From contig JAZNIX010000036.1 of NCBI GenBank assembly GCA_045577715.1, forward strand, positions 26,941-90,940: a stretch of 64,000 nucleotides of DNA. Reading direction: 5' to 3'. The notes below the pieces were generated by a model. It was given only the letters and a program-made list of their open reading frames with translations. It had not been told where the DNA came from and ran no database searches. This document shows positions 1-8,758 of the stretch, piece by piece. This DNA comes from Faecousia sp. (GTDB taxonomy: Bacteria; Bacillota; Clostridia; Oscillospirales; Oscillospiraceae). The translations under genes and the position numbers were made by a program. Position 1 is the stretch's first letter. Each line of letters begins with the position of its first letter.

Positions 1-1251
1 TGGATATCTATATTGGCAGGAATGATGGCCCTGGTTATGCTCTTGGGCTTGGTTGTTAGTATTTTGCCACGGGCCAACGCAGCATCCTCCAGCGAGATTA
101 AGGACCAAATCGGCAATCTGGAAAGCGAACAGAAGGATATGCAGGCGCAGCTTGAGGAGCTGAAATCCCAGCAGAAGGACAATCTGACGGAAGTCAAGGA
201 TATTTTGGCACAAAAGAGCCTGATTGAGCAGCAGGTGGGTCTGTTGCATGCGCAAATTGAGAACATGAATGAGCAGATTGCCGCCTATGCTCTGCTGATT
301 GCGGACAAGCAGGAAGAGTTGGACAAGGCGGAGAAGCGTCTGGCGGAGCTGAACGAGAAATACAAAGACCGGATTCGTGCCATGGAAGAGGACGGTCAGC
401 TTTCTTACTGGTCGGTACTGTTTAAGGCCAACAGCTTCTCAGATTTACTGGACCGGCTGAATATGATGATGGAAATTGCCGCGTCCGACCAGCGCCGCTT
501 AAACGAAATGAATCAGGCAGCCATTGAGGTAGCGGAAACCAAGGCCTCCCTGCAGGAGGAGAAAAAACTCCTGGAGGAAAATAAGGCAGAATTGGCAGAA
601 AAACAGAAAGAACTGGACGTAAAGGCTAAGGAGGCCCAGGACCTGTTGGCTACTTTGCTGCAGAAGGGCGAAGAATTTGATGCGCTGATGGATGCCCGGG
701 AAGAAGAACTGGCAAAGCTGGAGCAGGAAATTGCTCAGAAGCAGGAAGAATATGACGAAGCGAAGTACCAGGAATGGTTGGCAACCTCTGTCCCTCCCAC
801 TACAAAGCCGCCGGTGGTAAACAACGGTGGCGGTGTAGGCGGCTCGGCGGTAGGTTCTCAGGGAGTGACTTGGTTGGTGCCCTGTGATTACAAGTATGTT
901 TCCAGTGCCTTTGGCTGGCGTATTCATCCGGTTCACGGTGACTGGCGGTTCCATGCCGGCGTGGACCTGGCCATTGGACATACCCCCATTTATGCTACCC
1001 GGGCCGGCATAGTGGAAATTGCCAAATACAGTGAAAGTGCCGGCTACTATGTGGTAATCAACCACATGGACGGTTATAAAAGTACATATATGCATATGTG
1101 TAAATTCCCCAATGTAAAGGCCGGGGAAATGGTGACAGCCGGGCAGGTCATCGGCTGCGTCGGTTCTACCGGCTGGTCCACCGGCAATCACCTGCATTTT
1201 GGCATCAGCCAGAACGGTGTCAACTTAAATCCTATGGATTTTATCGGATAA
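1..1251 (+). CDS. M23 peptidase with long coiled coil (EnvC/CwlO-like murein hydrolase or activator), 5'-truncated by the window
   Basis: Frame is open to position 1. Signal-peptide-like N-terminus, ~230 aa coiled coil, C-terminal M23 motifs HAGVD and HLHF. Sits upstream of an S41 protease, as is typical after ftsEX. Confidence 0.85.
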   Translation, partial: WISILAGMMALVMLLGLVVSILPRANAASSSEIKDQIGNLESEQKDMQAQLEELKSQQKDNLTEVKDILAQKSLIEQQVGLLHAQIENMNEQIAAYALLIADKQEELDKAEKRLAELNEKYKDRIRAMEEDGQLSYWSVLFKANSFSDLLDRLNMMMEIAASDQRRLNEMNQAAIEVAETKASLQEEKKLLEENKAELAEKQKELDVKAKEAQDLLATLLQKGEEFDALMDAREEELAKLEQEIAQKQEEYDEAKYQEWLATSVPPTTKPPVVNNGGGVGGSAVGSQGVTWLVPCDYKYVSSAFGWRIHPVHGDWRFHAGVDLAIGHTPIYATRAGIVEIAKYSESAGYYVVINHMDGYKSTYMHMCKFPNVKAGEMVTAGQVIGCVGSTGWSTGNHLHFGISQNGVNLNPMDFIG

Positions 1252-1304
1252 AAATTCTCCCACAGCCCCCCGGGGCTGTGGGAAATCTGCTATGAGGTGT
1301 TACG

Positions 1305-2486
1305 GTGAAAAAGGAAAAATTGTTGGAGCTTCTGACCCGAATTCTTTCTTATGTATTGGTGGCGGCACTGACGGCCGTAGGTACAGTGGCCGTGATATTG
1401 ACGAATATTACCGCATTTGGCGGCGGTTCTAAGCTGGATGTCCTGGAGAGCCTGATTTTGGAAAGATTTATTGGGGCAGTTGACCAAACTGCCATTGAGG
1501 ATGCGGCGGCTGAGGCCATGGTTAGTGCCCTGGGAGATCGGTGGAGCTATTACATTCCGGCAGAGGAATACGCCCAGTATCTGGAACAGAAGAAAAATGC
1601 CTATGTAGGGATTGGCATTACGATTCAACAACGCAGTGATGGCACGGGATTGGATATTATAGAGGTGGTTGCCGGAAGCTCTGCGGAAGCTGCCGGAATT
1701 CAAACCGGGGATATTTTGATTGCGGTGGAGAAGCAAAGTATTCAGGATTTAACACTGGAGCAGGTAAAGGAAATGATTCGCGGTAAGGAAGGAACCCATG
1801 TGCAAATCCAGGTACTGCGCAATCAGGAGGAATTGACATTTTCTGTGACCCGGTATCAGATTCCTAAGGTGGTGGCAAAGGGCCAGCTGCTGGAGGGAAA
1901 CATCGGAATGATCCGCATTGTAAATTTCAACGATAACTGTGCCAAAGAGACCATAGCTACCATAGAAAGTCTGCGGGAGCAGGGGGCAGAAAAACTGATT
2001 TTTGATGTTCGCTACAATCCCGGCGGCTATGTGACGGAATTGGTCGCGGTACTGGATTATTTACTGCCGGAGGGTATTTTATTTCAGTCCGAGGATTATA
2101 CAGGAAAGAAGGATGTGAAATATTCAGACGCTTCCTGCCTGAATATGCCTATGGCGGTGTTGGTGAATGGAAGCTCCTATTCTGCGGCAGAATTTTTTGC
2201 TGCTACGCTGCGGGAGTATGAGGCCGGTCTGGTGGTGGGGGAGCAGACCAGTGGGAAAGGTTTCTTTCAAAACACCTTCGAGTTGCCAGACGGCTCAGCG
2301 GTAGGACTGTCCACAGGAAAATATTACACATCCAAAGGGGCCAGCCTGACGGACGTAGGTGTGACCCTGGATGTGATGGCACCGGTAGATGCCCAAACAG
2401 CTGCGGCAATTTATGCGGGAACCTTGCCCTATGAAAAAGACCCCCAGGTGCAGGCTGCGGTAAATGTTTTGAAGCTGCATAAATGA
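1305..2486 (+). CDS. Carboxyl-terminal processing protease, S41 family with PDZ domain
   Basis: N-terminal TM helix, PDZ (GIGI), DVRYNPGG, catalytic SYSAAE and GKG motifs. Confidence 0.9.
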   Translation: MKKEKLLELLTRILSYVLVAALTAVGTVAVILTNITAFGGGSKLDVLESLILERFIGAVDQTAIEDAAAEAMVSALGDRWSYYIPAEEYAQYLEQKKNAYVGIGITIQQRSDGTGLDIIEVVAGSSAEAAGIQTGDILIAVEKQSIQDLTLEQVKEMIRGKEGTHVQIQVLRNQEELTFSVTRYQIPKVVAKGQLLEGNIGMIRIVNFNDNCAKETIATIESLREQGAEKLIFDVRYNPGGYVTELVAVLDYLLPEGILFQSEDYTGKKDVKYSDASCLNMPMAVLVNGSSYSAAEFFAATLREYEAGLVVGEQTSGKGFFQNTFELPDGSAVGLSTGKYYTSKGASLTDVGVTLDVMAPVDAQTAAAIYAGTLPYEKDPQVQAAVNVLKLHK

Positions 2487-2595
2487 TGGAATTTTCTATT
2501 TGCATTCACTATAATGCGTGATAGGAAAATCCGGATACTGTGGTATTCGGAAGAAATATTGACAATCTTATGGAAGCTGGAAGGAGAATAATGAT

Positions 2596-4527
2596 ATGAA
2601 ATCCGTACAGCGCTTACAGGATGCCAAGTGGATTTGGTGCACGAGAGAGCCTCAGTCTGATGAATATGGCGAATTTTATACTGATTTTGACTATTATGGA
2701 GGCACTGTGAGCCTTGCGATCTCTGCAGACAGCAATTATGCGGTGTATCTCAATGGGGAGCTTTGTACCTTTGGACAGTATGCGGATTATCCTCATGATA
2801 AGGTTTACGACGAGGTGGACATTACAGCCCAGTGTAAGCAGGGCAAGAATCATCTGGCCATTATTGCATGGTATTATGGCCTTGATAAAATACTTACTTA
2901 TTATCGCGGCAATGCAGGCTTGCTGTTTGATTTGTACTGCGGCGGTGTGCAGATCTGTCATAGCAATGAAAGGATCCAATCCCGAATGAGCCGGGGGTAT
3001 GAAAATCACCGCAACAGGACCATTACCTGGCAGATGGGATTGGGCTTCGCCTACCATGCCGACCGGGAGGACAACTGGAAGCTGGGTCAGCTAGAGGGCT
3101 TTTCCGACAGTGTCCTGGTGGACCAGGTGCTGCCTTTACGCCTCCGTCCCTGCGAGAAGATTTACTTGGGTGAGCCGGTAGAGGCGAAGCTGATAAAAAC
3201 CTTTGCGCCCAATCATATGCTCTTTGACCTGGGTGTCAATACTGTGGGATTCCTGCTGCTTGAAACCGAGCAAGAGGAAGAAGGCTTGGTAACGGTTGTC
3301 TACGGTGAGCATCTAACCGGTGGTGACGTTGAAAGAATTCTTGACTATCGGGATTTTGGCTTGGAAGTTACGGTTACAAAGGGCAGTTATAGCTATATGA
3401 ATCCCTTCCGCCGTTTGGGCGCAAAATACCTGTCGGTAACCAGCGAGCATCCTCTGAAAATTCGCAGAATTGCGTTGGTGCCCACAATGTATCCGGTGAA
3501 CATTATGCCCAAACCGCAATTAACACCGAAGGAAAATGAAATCTACGATATTTGTTTGAGAACGCTTCTGCTCTGTATGCACGAGCATTATGAGGACTGC
3601 CCCTGGAGAGAGCAGGCTCTGTATGCCATGGATAGCCGAAACCAGATGCTTTGTGGCTATTATGCATTCGGAGAAACAAAATTTGTCCGTGCGAATTTGG
3701 AGCTGTTCTCCAAGGATGATCGTTATGACGGAATATTGGGAATTTGCGCACCTGCAAAAATTGATATGGCAATTCCCTCTTTCTCGCTGCATTATTTAAC
3801 AGCCTGTGCGGAATATTTAAAATATTCCGGCGATGTGGAGTTCTTACGGCAGATTTATCCCAAACTGGAAAGTATCCTGAATGTTTTCCTATCTCAAATT
3901 AAGCCGGATTCTCAGCTGATACAGCCCTTCAAGGAATCTTGCTATTGGAATTTCTATGAATGGACCACAGTGACCCTGCGAGGCGGTAAATCTGCGTCCA
4001 GAGAGATTCCTGATATTGTATTAAATACGCTGGTGTCTACGTCGTTACAGAATATGGCGACCATTGCTGAAGCAATTGGTGTTCCCAATGAATATCGGGC
4101 GATGGCTGAGAAGATAAACGGTGTCATTCATACCACCTTCTTTGATGAGGAACGGGGTTGCTATACGGATTCTGCTATGGAAACCAAGAGCTATAGCCAG
4201 TTGGGGAATTCTTTGGCAATTTTGTGCGGAGCCTGTACCGGAGAGCTAGCTGAGGCAGTTTGTGAAAGAATGCTGACCGATGAGGGCATCGTGCGGACTT
4301 CTTTGAGCATGCGGTGCTTCTTGTACGATGCTCTGCTGAAGGTGGATACAAAGCGCTACGGCGACTGGATATTGGCAGACATTGAGCATGTGTATCAGCC
4401 CATGCTGGACGAGGGCGTGGGCACCGTATGGGAAACAGAGACGGCCATCACAGAGTTTGGAGAAAGTCTTTGCCATGGCTGGAGTGCCATCCCGATCTAT
4501 TATTACCATATCTTGAAGGGCAATTAA
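2596..4527 (+). CDS. Alpha-L-rhamnosidase-like glycoside hydrolase (GH78-like)
   Basis: DCPWRE catalytic-region motif, TVWE and SLCHGWS C-terminal motifs, FDLG in the N-terminal domain. No signal peptide. Confidence 0.8.
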   Translation: MKSVQRLQDAKWIWCTREPQSDEYGEFYTDFDYYGGTVSLAISADSNYAVYLNGELCTFGQYADYPHDKVYDEVDITAQCKQGKNHLAIIAWYYGLDKILTYYRGNAGLLFDLYCGGVQICHSNERIQSRMSRGYENHRNRTITWQMGLGFAYHADREDNWKLGQLEGFSDSVLVDQVLPLRLRPCEKIYLGEPVEAKLIKTFAPNHMLFDLGVNTVGFLLLETEQEEEGLVTVVYGEHLTGGDVERILDYRDFGLEVTVTKGSYSYMNPFRRLGAKYLSVTSEHPLKIRRIALVPTMYPVNIMPKPQLTPKENEIYDICLRTLLLCMHEHYEDCPWREQALYAMDSRNQMLCGYYAFGETKFVRANLELFSKDDRYDGILGICAPAKIDMAIPSFSLHYLTACAEYLKYSGDVEFLRQIYPKLESILNVFLSQIKPDSQLIQPFKESCYWNFYEWTTVTLRGGKSASREIPDIVLNTLVSTSLQNMATIAEAIGVPNEYRAMAEKINGVIHTTFFDEERGCYTDSAMETKSYSQLGNSLAILCGACTGELAEAVCERMLTDEGIVRTSLSMRCFLYDALLKVDTKRYGDWILADIEHVYQPMLDEGVGTVWETETAITEFGESLCHGWSAIPIYYYHILKGN

Positions 4528-4539
4528 GCATAGCTCCCT

Positions 4540-4573
4540 TGAAAAAACCAACCTTACGGGGTTGGTTTTTTCA
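4540..4573 (+). terminator. Intrinsic terminator after the GH78 gene
   Basis: Hairpin aaaaaaccaacc-ttacg-gggttggttttt followed by a T tract. Confidence 0.75.
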
Positions 4574-4610
4574 TTTGAGGGGAGCAACCGCCCCGAAAAG
4601 AAATCTACCC

Positions 4611-4639
4611 TTGCAAATACACAGAATATTGCATATAAT
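4611..4639 (+). promoter_or_regulatory. Sigma-A-type promoter for the ktr/trk operon
   Basis: TTGCAA-N17-TATAAT. Confidence 0.65.
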
Positions 4640-4705
4640 ATAGGAAAATGTGAGAGATTGCCTTTTATAGGAATGATAGGTGGAAGAAGGGAGCGTACCG
4701 GTACT

Positions 4706-6079
4706 GTGAAAGGTTGGGCATATCGCCGATGGGCGGGGAAGTGGAAGCTGAAGCTTTCTCCTGCGAAAATTATTGCAATTGCGTTTGCACTGATTATTTT
4801 GATTGGAACCGGGCTGTTGGCATTGCCGGCGGCTTCCCGGGACGGAAATTCCTGCGGGCTACTGGGTGCTTTGTTTACTGCAACCTCTGCCACCTGTGTG
4901 ACGGGCTTGGTGCTGTATGATACCTGGGTCCAGTGGAGCGGCTTTGGACAAATCGTTATTTTGTGTTTGATTGAAATTGGCGGTCTCGGATTTATGACTG
5001 CGGCCTCTTTTGTAATTTTCCTGTTACGCAAGCGGGTGGGACTGAAACAGAGAATGTTGATGGCCCAAGCCCTTAGTGTCAATGATATGGAGGGTGTCGT
5101 TCGGCTGCAGAAGTGGGTGCTGTTCGGCAGTTTGGGAATTCAAATAGTAGGCGCGTTGATTCTCTTTTTCCGGTTTTTACCGGATTACGGCGCCCGTCAG
5201 GCAATTATGTGGGGCGTGTTTCATGCGGTTTCGGCCTTTTGTAATGCCGGATTTGACATTTTAGGGTCTGTAGAACCCGGTGTCGGCATGATGGCGTTTC
5301 AGACAGATGCGGTGGTTCTGTTGACCTTAATGCTGCTGATTGTATTGGGCGGCTTGGGCTTCTTCGTCTGGGAGGAAGTGATACGGGTTCGCTCTTGGCG
5401 GAAATTCAGCGTGTATACCAAGCTGGTATTGTTGACCAGCAGCGTGCTGATTTTAGGCGGCGCACTGTGCATTTGCGTTGCAGAGTGGAATAATCCCGAT
5501 ACCTTAGGCGCAATGTCTGCACCGGAAAAAATTCTCAACGGCTTTTTCCAGTCGGTCACTGTAAGAACGGCGGGCTTTGCCTCTGTTGACCAGGCAGGCT
5601 TGACGGAAACCGGAAAAGCGGCGAGCATTTTTCTGATGCTCATTGGCGGTTCCTCCGGTTCTACTGCCGGCGGCGTAAAGACAGTGACGATGATTGTGCT
5701 GTTTCTGTTTCTGTGGAGCCGTATCCGCGGAAAGGGAAGCGTGCAGATTTTTCAGAGGACTGTGCCGGAGCGGCAGGTGCTGGATGCCATGACCATTGTG
5801 TCCGTACTGTGGATGTTGGCATTGTTTGGAGGCGTTTTCATTTGTATTACTTCGCCGGTTACCTTTGTAGACGGACTGTTTGAGTCTGTGTCTGCCTTGG
5901 CCACCGTGGGATTGACGGCAGCTGGGACAACCAGCCTAAGCCTGCCGGCAAAAATTCTGATGATTATATATATGTATTTCGGCCGTGTAGGCGTGCTGAC
6001 TTTGAGTTTGAGCTTCCTGATGGGGAATAAAGCCCAGGAGCGTTACCGCTATGCCTATACAAATCTTTTAATCGGATAG
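4706..6079 (+). CDS. Trk/Ktr potassium uptake membrane subunit (TrkH/KtrB family); start codon uncertain
   Basis: Pore motifs SATCVTGL, SAFCNAGF, RTAGF, IGGSSGSTAGGVK and ATVGL. Confidence 0.9.
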   Translation: MKGWAYRRWAGKWKLKLSPAKIIAIAFALIILIGTGLLALPAASRDGNSCGLLGALFTATSATCVTGLVLYDTWVQWSGFGQIVILCLIEIGGLGFMTAASFVIFLLRKRVGLKQRMLMAQALSVNDMEGVVRLQKWVLFGSLGIQIVGALILFFRFLPDYGARQAIMWGVFHAVSAFCNAGFDILGSVEPGVGMMAFQTDAVVLLTLMLLIVLGGLGFFVWEEVIRVRSWRKFSVYTKLVLLTSSVLILGGALCICVAEWNNPDTLGAMSAPEKILNGFFQSVTVRTAGFASVDQAGLTETGKAASIFLMLIGGSSGSTAGGVKTVTMIVLFLFLWSRIRGKGSVQIFQRTVPERQVLDAMTIVSVLWMLALFGGVFICITSPVTFVDGLFESVSALATVGLTAAGTTSLSLPAKILMIIYMYFGRVGVLTLSLSFLMGNKAQERYRYAYTNLLIG

Positions 6080-6091
6080 GAGGAAAAAGAT

Positions 6092-6739
6092 ATGAAATCT
6101 TATGTGGTGATTGGCTTGGGCCGGTTTGGCAGTCAGGTGGCAAGACAGCTGTGCGCCCTGGACTGTGAGGTTTTGGCCATGGACTTGTCTTCGGAACGGG
6201 TACAGCAGATTGCAGGCGATGTGACCCATGCAGTGGTGGGAGACGGACAGGATAAGGAAGTGCTGAAGGCCTTGGGCATCCGGAATCTGGACTGCGCTAT
6301 TGTAGCCATTGGCAATAATCTGGGCGCTTCTGTATTGACCACAATGAATATAAAAGAATTGGGCGTACCCTATGTGGTGTGCAAGGCCCATGACGAGACC
6401 CATCGCCGGGTACTGCAGAAGCTGGGAGCGGACCGGGTGGTGATTCCTGAGCAGGAGCAGGCTTCCAGACTGGCTAAGAGCCTGTCTTCGCCAAATGTGC
6501 TGGATTATATTGAGCTTTCAGAGGATTACGGCATTGTGGAAGTGCCTGCGCCTATGGCATGGTGGGAAAAGACCTTGCGGGAGCTGAATGTCCGTGCCAA
6601 GCTGGGTGTAAATATTTTGGCAGTTCGGCGCAATGAGACAATCAACGTATCTCCGACGGCAGATTTCCAAATTTGTCAGGGGGATATTATGATTGTGCTG
6701 GGTGACAGTGCCGCATTGGAGACGGTGCAGGCATTATGA
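6092..6739 (+). CDS. Trk/Ktr potassium uptake NAD-binding RCK subunit (TrkA/KtrA family)
   Basis: GLGRFG Rossmann motif, RCK_N plus RCK_C layout, adjacent to the TrkH-family gene. Confidence 0.92.
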   Translation: MKSYVVIGLGRFGSQVARQLCALDCEVLAMDLSSERVQQIAGDVTHAVVGDGQDKEVLKALGIRNLDCAIVAIGNNLGASVLTTMNIKELGVPYVVCKAHDETHRRVLQKLGADRVVIPEQEQASRLAKSLSSPNVLDYIELSEDYGIVEVPAPMAWWEKTLRELNVRAKLGVNILAVRRNETINVSPTADFQICQGDIMIVLGDSAALETVQAL

Positions 6740-7488
6740 TATACGAGAGGATTACCTCCCGGAAAAACCCCCTTTTGCAGCAGGTGCGCAGACTTTTATC
6801 CTCCCGAAAGGAGAGGGAAACAGCGGGCTTGTTTGTGGCAGACGGGATAAAGCTTTTACAGGAAGCAATTGCCTTTGCCCCGGGGTTGGATACGGTGATT
6901 TTATCTGACGGTATGGAGCTTTCTTTGCCGGAGCAGGTACGCTTGGTGCAGGTGCCGGCAGATGTGATGGCAGATATTTCTCCCATGGAAGCGCCTCAGG
7001 GAGCACTGTTTCTGTGCCGGATTCCGGAGGCCGTGACCTTTGTTCCCAAACCCGGAATGCTGCTGTTGGACGGGATTCAGGACCCGGGCAATTTGGGTAC
7101 CATTTTGCGAACGGCAGATGCCTTGGATATTCCTGTGGCCCTTTTGGAGGGCTGTGCCGACCCTTATAACCACAAGACCGTCAGAGCATCCATGGGCGCA
7201 GTATTTCGCCGGCCGGTGGTGCAGAGCACATGGCAGGAAGTAAAAAAAGCCTGTGGCGATGCCGAAATTCCCATTGGCGTAACCGCGTTGACGGACCGGG
7301 CAGAGGATTTGCGGAAAAAGAATGTAAAAGCGATGGCCGTAGTGATTGGCAGTGAAGGAAAAGGCGTAAGGCCGGAAATCCTGCAGGCGGCCCAGGAGGC
7401 ATTGATTATCCCCATGAATCCCCACTGTGAATCCCTAAATGCGGCAGTGGCGGCCACCATAGTAATGTGGCAGATGACCGACAGATAG
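6736..7488 (+). CDS. TrmH/SpoU family RNA methyltransferase
   Basis: SPOUT motifs QDPGNLGTILRTA, GSEGKG and ESLNAAVA. Confidence 0.9.
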   Translation: MIYERITSRKNPLLQQVRRLLSSRKERETAGLFVADGIKLLQEAIAFAPGLDTVILSDGMELSLPEQVRLVQVPADVMADISPMEAPQGALFLCRIPEAVTFVPKPGMLLLDGIQDPGNLGTILRTADALDIPVALLEGCADPYNHKTVRASMGAVFRRPVVQSTWQEVKKACGDAEIPIGVTALTDRAEDLRKKNVKAMAVVIGSEGKGVRPEILQAAQEALIIPMNPHCESLNAAVAATIVMWQMTDR

Positions 7489-7502
7489 ACAGGAGAGACA
7501 AT

Positions 7503-8735
7503 ATGCTGATACATTGGATTTGGCTTGCGATGCGGCCTGCATTGAGCGACCGCCAGAAGAAAACCGTGCTGGAGGCCTTTTCGGATGCCGAGGACGTTTA
7601 CTGCGCAACGCAAATACAGTATCAGCAGGTGGGAGGAATCACCCACGACGGTGTCTGTTCTCTCATGGACAAGAGCTTGGCTGATGCAGAAAAAGTTCTG
7701 CGCCAATGTATGGATAAGCAAATCAAGCTTTGCGTTTTCAGCGATGAAGATTATCCTCAGAGATTGAAGCATATTGTAGATCCCCCTCTGGTGCTCTATT
7801 ATAAGGGCAATTTACCGGCGACGGAGAGTCTGCCGGTGATTGCTGTTGTAGGCACCAGGGGTGCTTCTGCTTATGGACTGCAGGTTGCCCGGCGTCTGGG
7901 ATATCAGATTGCCGCTTGCGGCGGTGCAGTGGTGTCCGGCGTGGCCAAGGGCAATGATGCCATGGCCATGGAAGGGGCACTTTTGGCCGGCGGTACAGTC
8001 ATTGGCGTATTGGGCTGCGGTGTGGATGTGGTTTATCCGGCTGTGAACCGAAATTTGTATGCAGATATTATTCGCAATGGCTGTTTGATTTCTGAATTTC
8101 CGCCGAAGACACCTCCTTATAAGTGGAATTTTCCCAAACGAAACCGCATTTTAAGCGGTATGAGTAACGGTACTGTGGTCATTGAAGCCCCCGAGGGCAG
8201 CGGTGCACTGATTACGGCAAGACAGGCATTGGAGCAGGGCAGGGATGTGTTTGCTGTCCCCGGAAATGTGGATATGCCTTCCTTCGTAGGTAACAATGCC
8301 CTGTTGCGGGAGGGAGCAATTACAGCCAGAAACGGCTGGGATGTGATTGGTGAATATGAAAGGCTCTATCCGGAAACCATCCATAAAATGGATGCACAGC
8401 TTCCAGATGAAGCTTTGCAAAATCGGGAACAAATGTCTCTAAAGGTGGCGCAGAAGACAGTTTTGCCCCGGAAGAAACCCAAATTCGACAAGAAAAAAGA
8501 GAAAAAACCCATTGACAAGGAGGAAAACCCGCCGTATAGTGACGTAAAAGGAATTCTGCCTACCCTGCCGTATACGCAGCAGCAGATTGTGCAATTGCTG
8601 ACAGAGGAACGCTTGGTGGATGAGATTATTGAGCAAACCGGTCTTCCTGCGGCGAAGGTATCTGCGGCCCTGACGGTATTGGAAATTAAGGGAATCATCC
8701 GTCGCCTGCCGGGAAAACGTATTCGTATAAAGTAA
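7503..8735 (+). CDS. dprA: DNA-processing protein DprA
   Basis: VVGTR, VSGVAKGND, FPKRNRILSG, SGALITA and VFAVPG motifs; C-terminal winged helix; lies upstream of topA. Confidence 0.93.
   Translation: MLIHWIWLAMRPALSDRQKKTVLEAFSDAEDVYCATQIQYQQVGGITHDGVCSLMDKSLADAEKVLRQCMDKQIKLCVFSDEDYPQRLKHIVDPPLVLYYKGNLPATESLPVIAVVGTRGASAYGLQVARRLGYQIAACGGAVVSGVAKGNDAMAMEGALLAGGTVIGVLGCGVDVVYPAVNRNLYADIIRNGCLISEFPPKTPPYKWNFPKRNRILSGMSNGTVVIEAPEGSGALITARQALEQGRDVFAVPGNVDMPSFVGNNALLREGAITARNGWDVIGEYERLYPETIHKMDAQLPDEALQNREQMSLKVAQKTVLPRKKPKFDKKKEKKPIDKEENPPYSDVKGILPTLPYTQQQIVQLLTEERLVDEIIEQTGLPAAKVSAALTVLEIKGIIRRLPGKRIRIK
8512..8540 (+). promoter_or_regulatory. Sigma-A promoter inside the dprA coding region, likely driving topA-trmFO-plsX-rnc
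   Basis: TTGACA (8512-8517)-N17-TATAGT (8535-8540) within the variable linker of DprA. Confidence 0.6.
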
Positions 8736-8758
8736 AACCGTAAGAATGGAGTATATAC

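Noticed and set aside
4640-4740. Possible c-di-AMP (ydaO) riboswitch ahead of the K+ transporter
   Set aside because: The leader is short and no ydaO consensus elements were recognisable.
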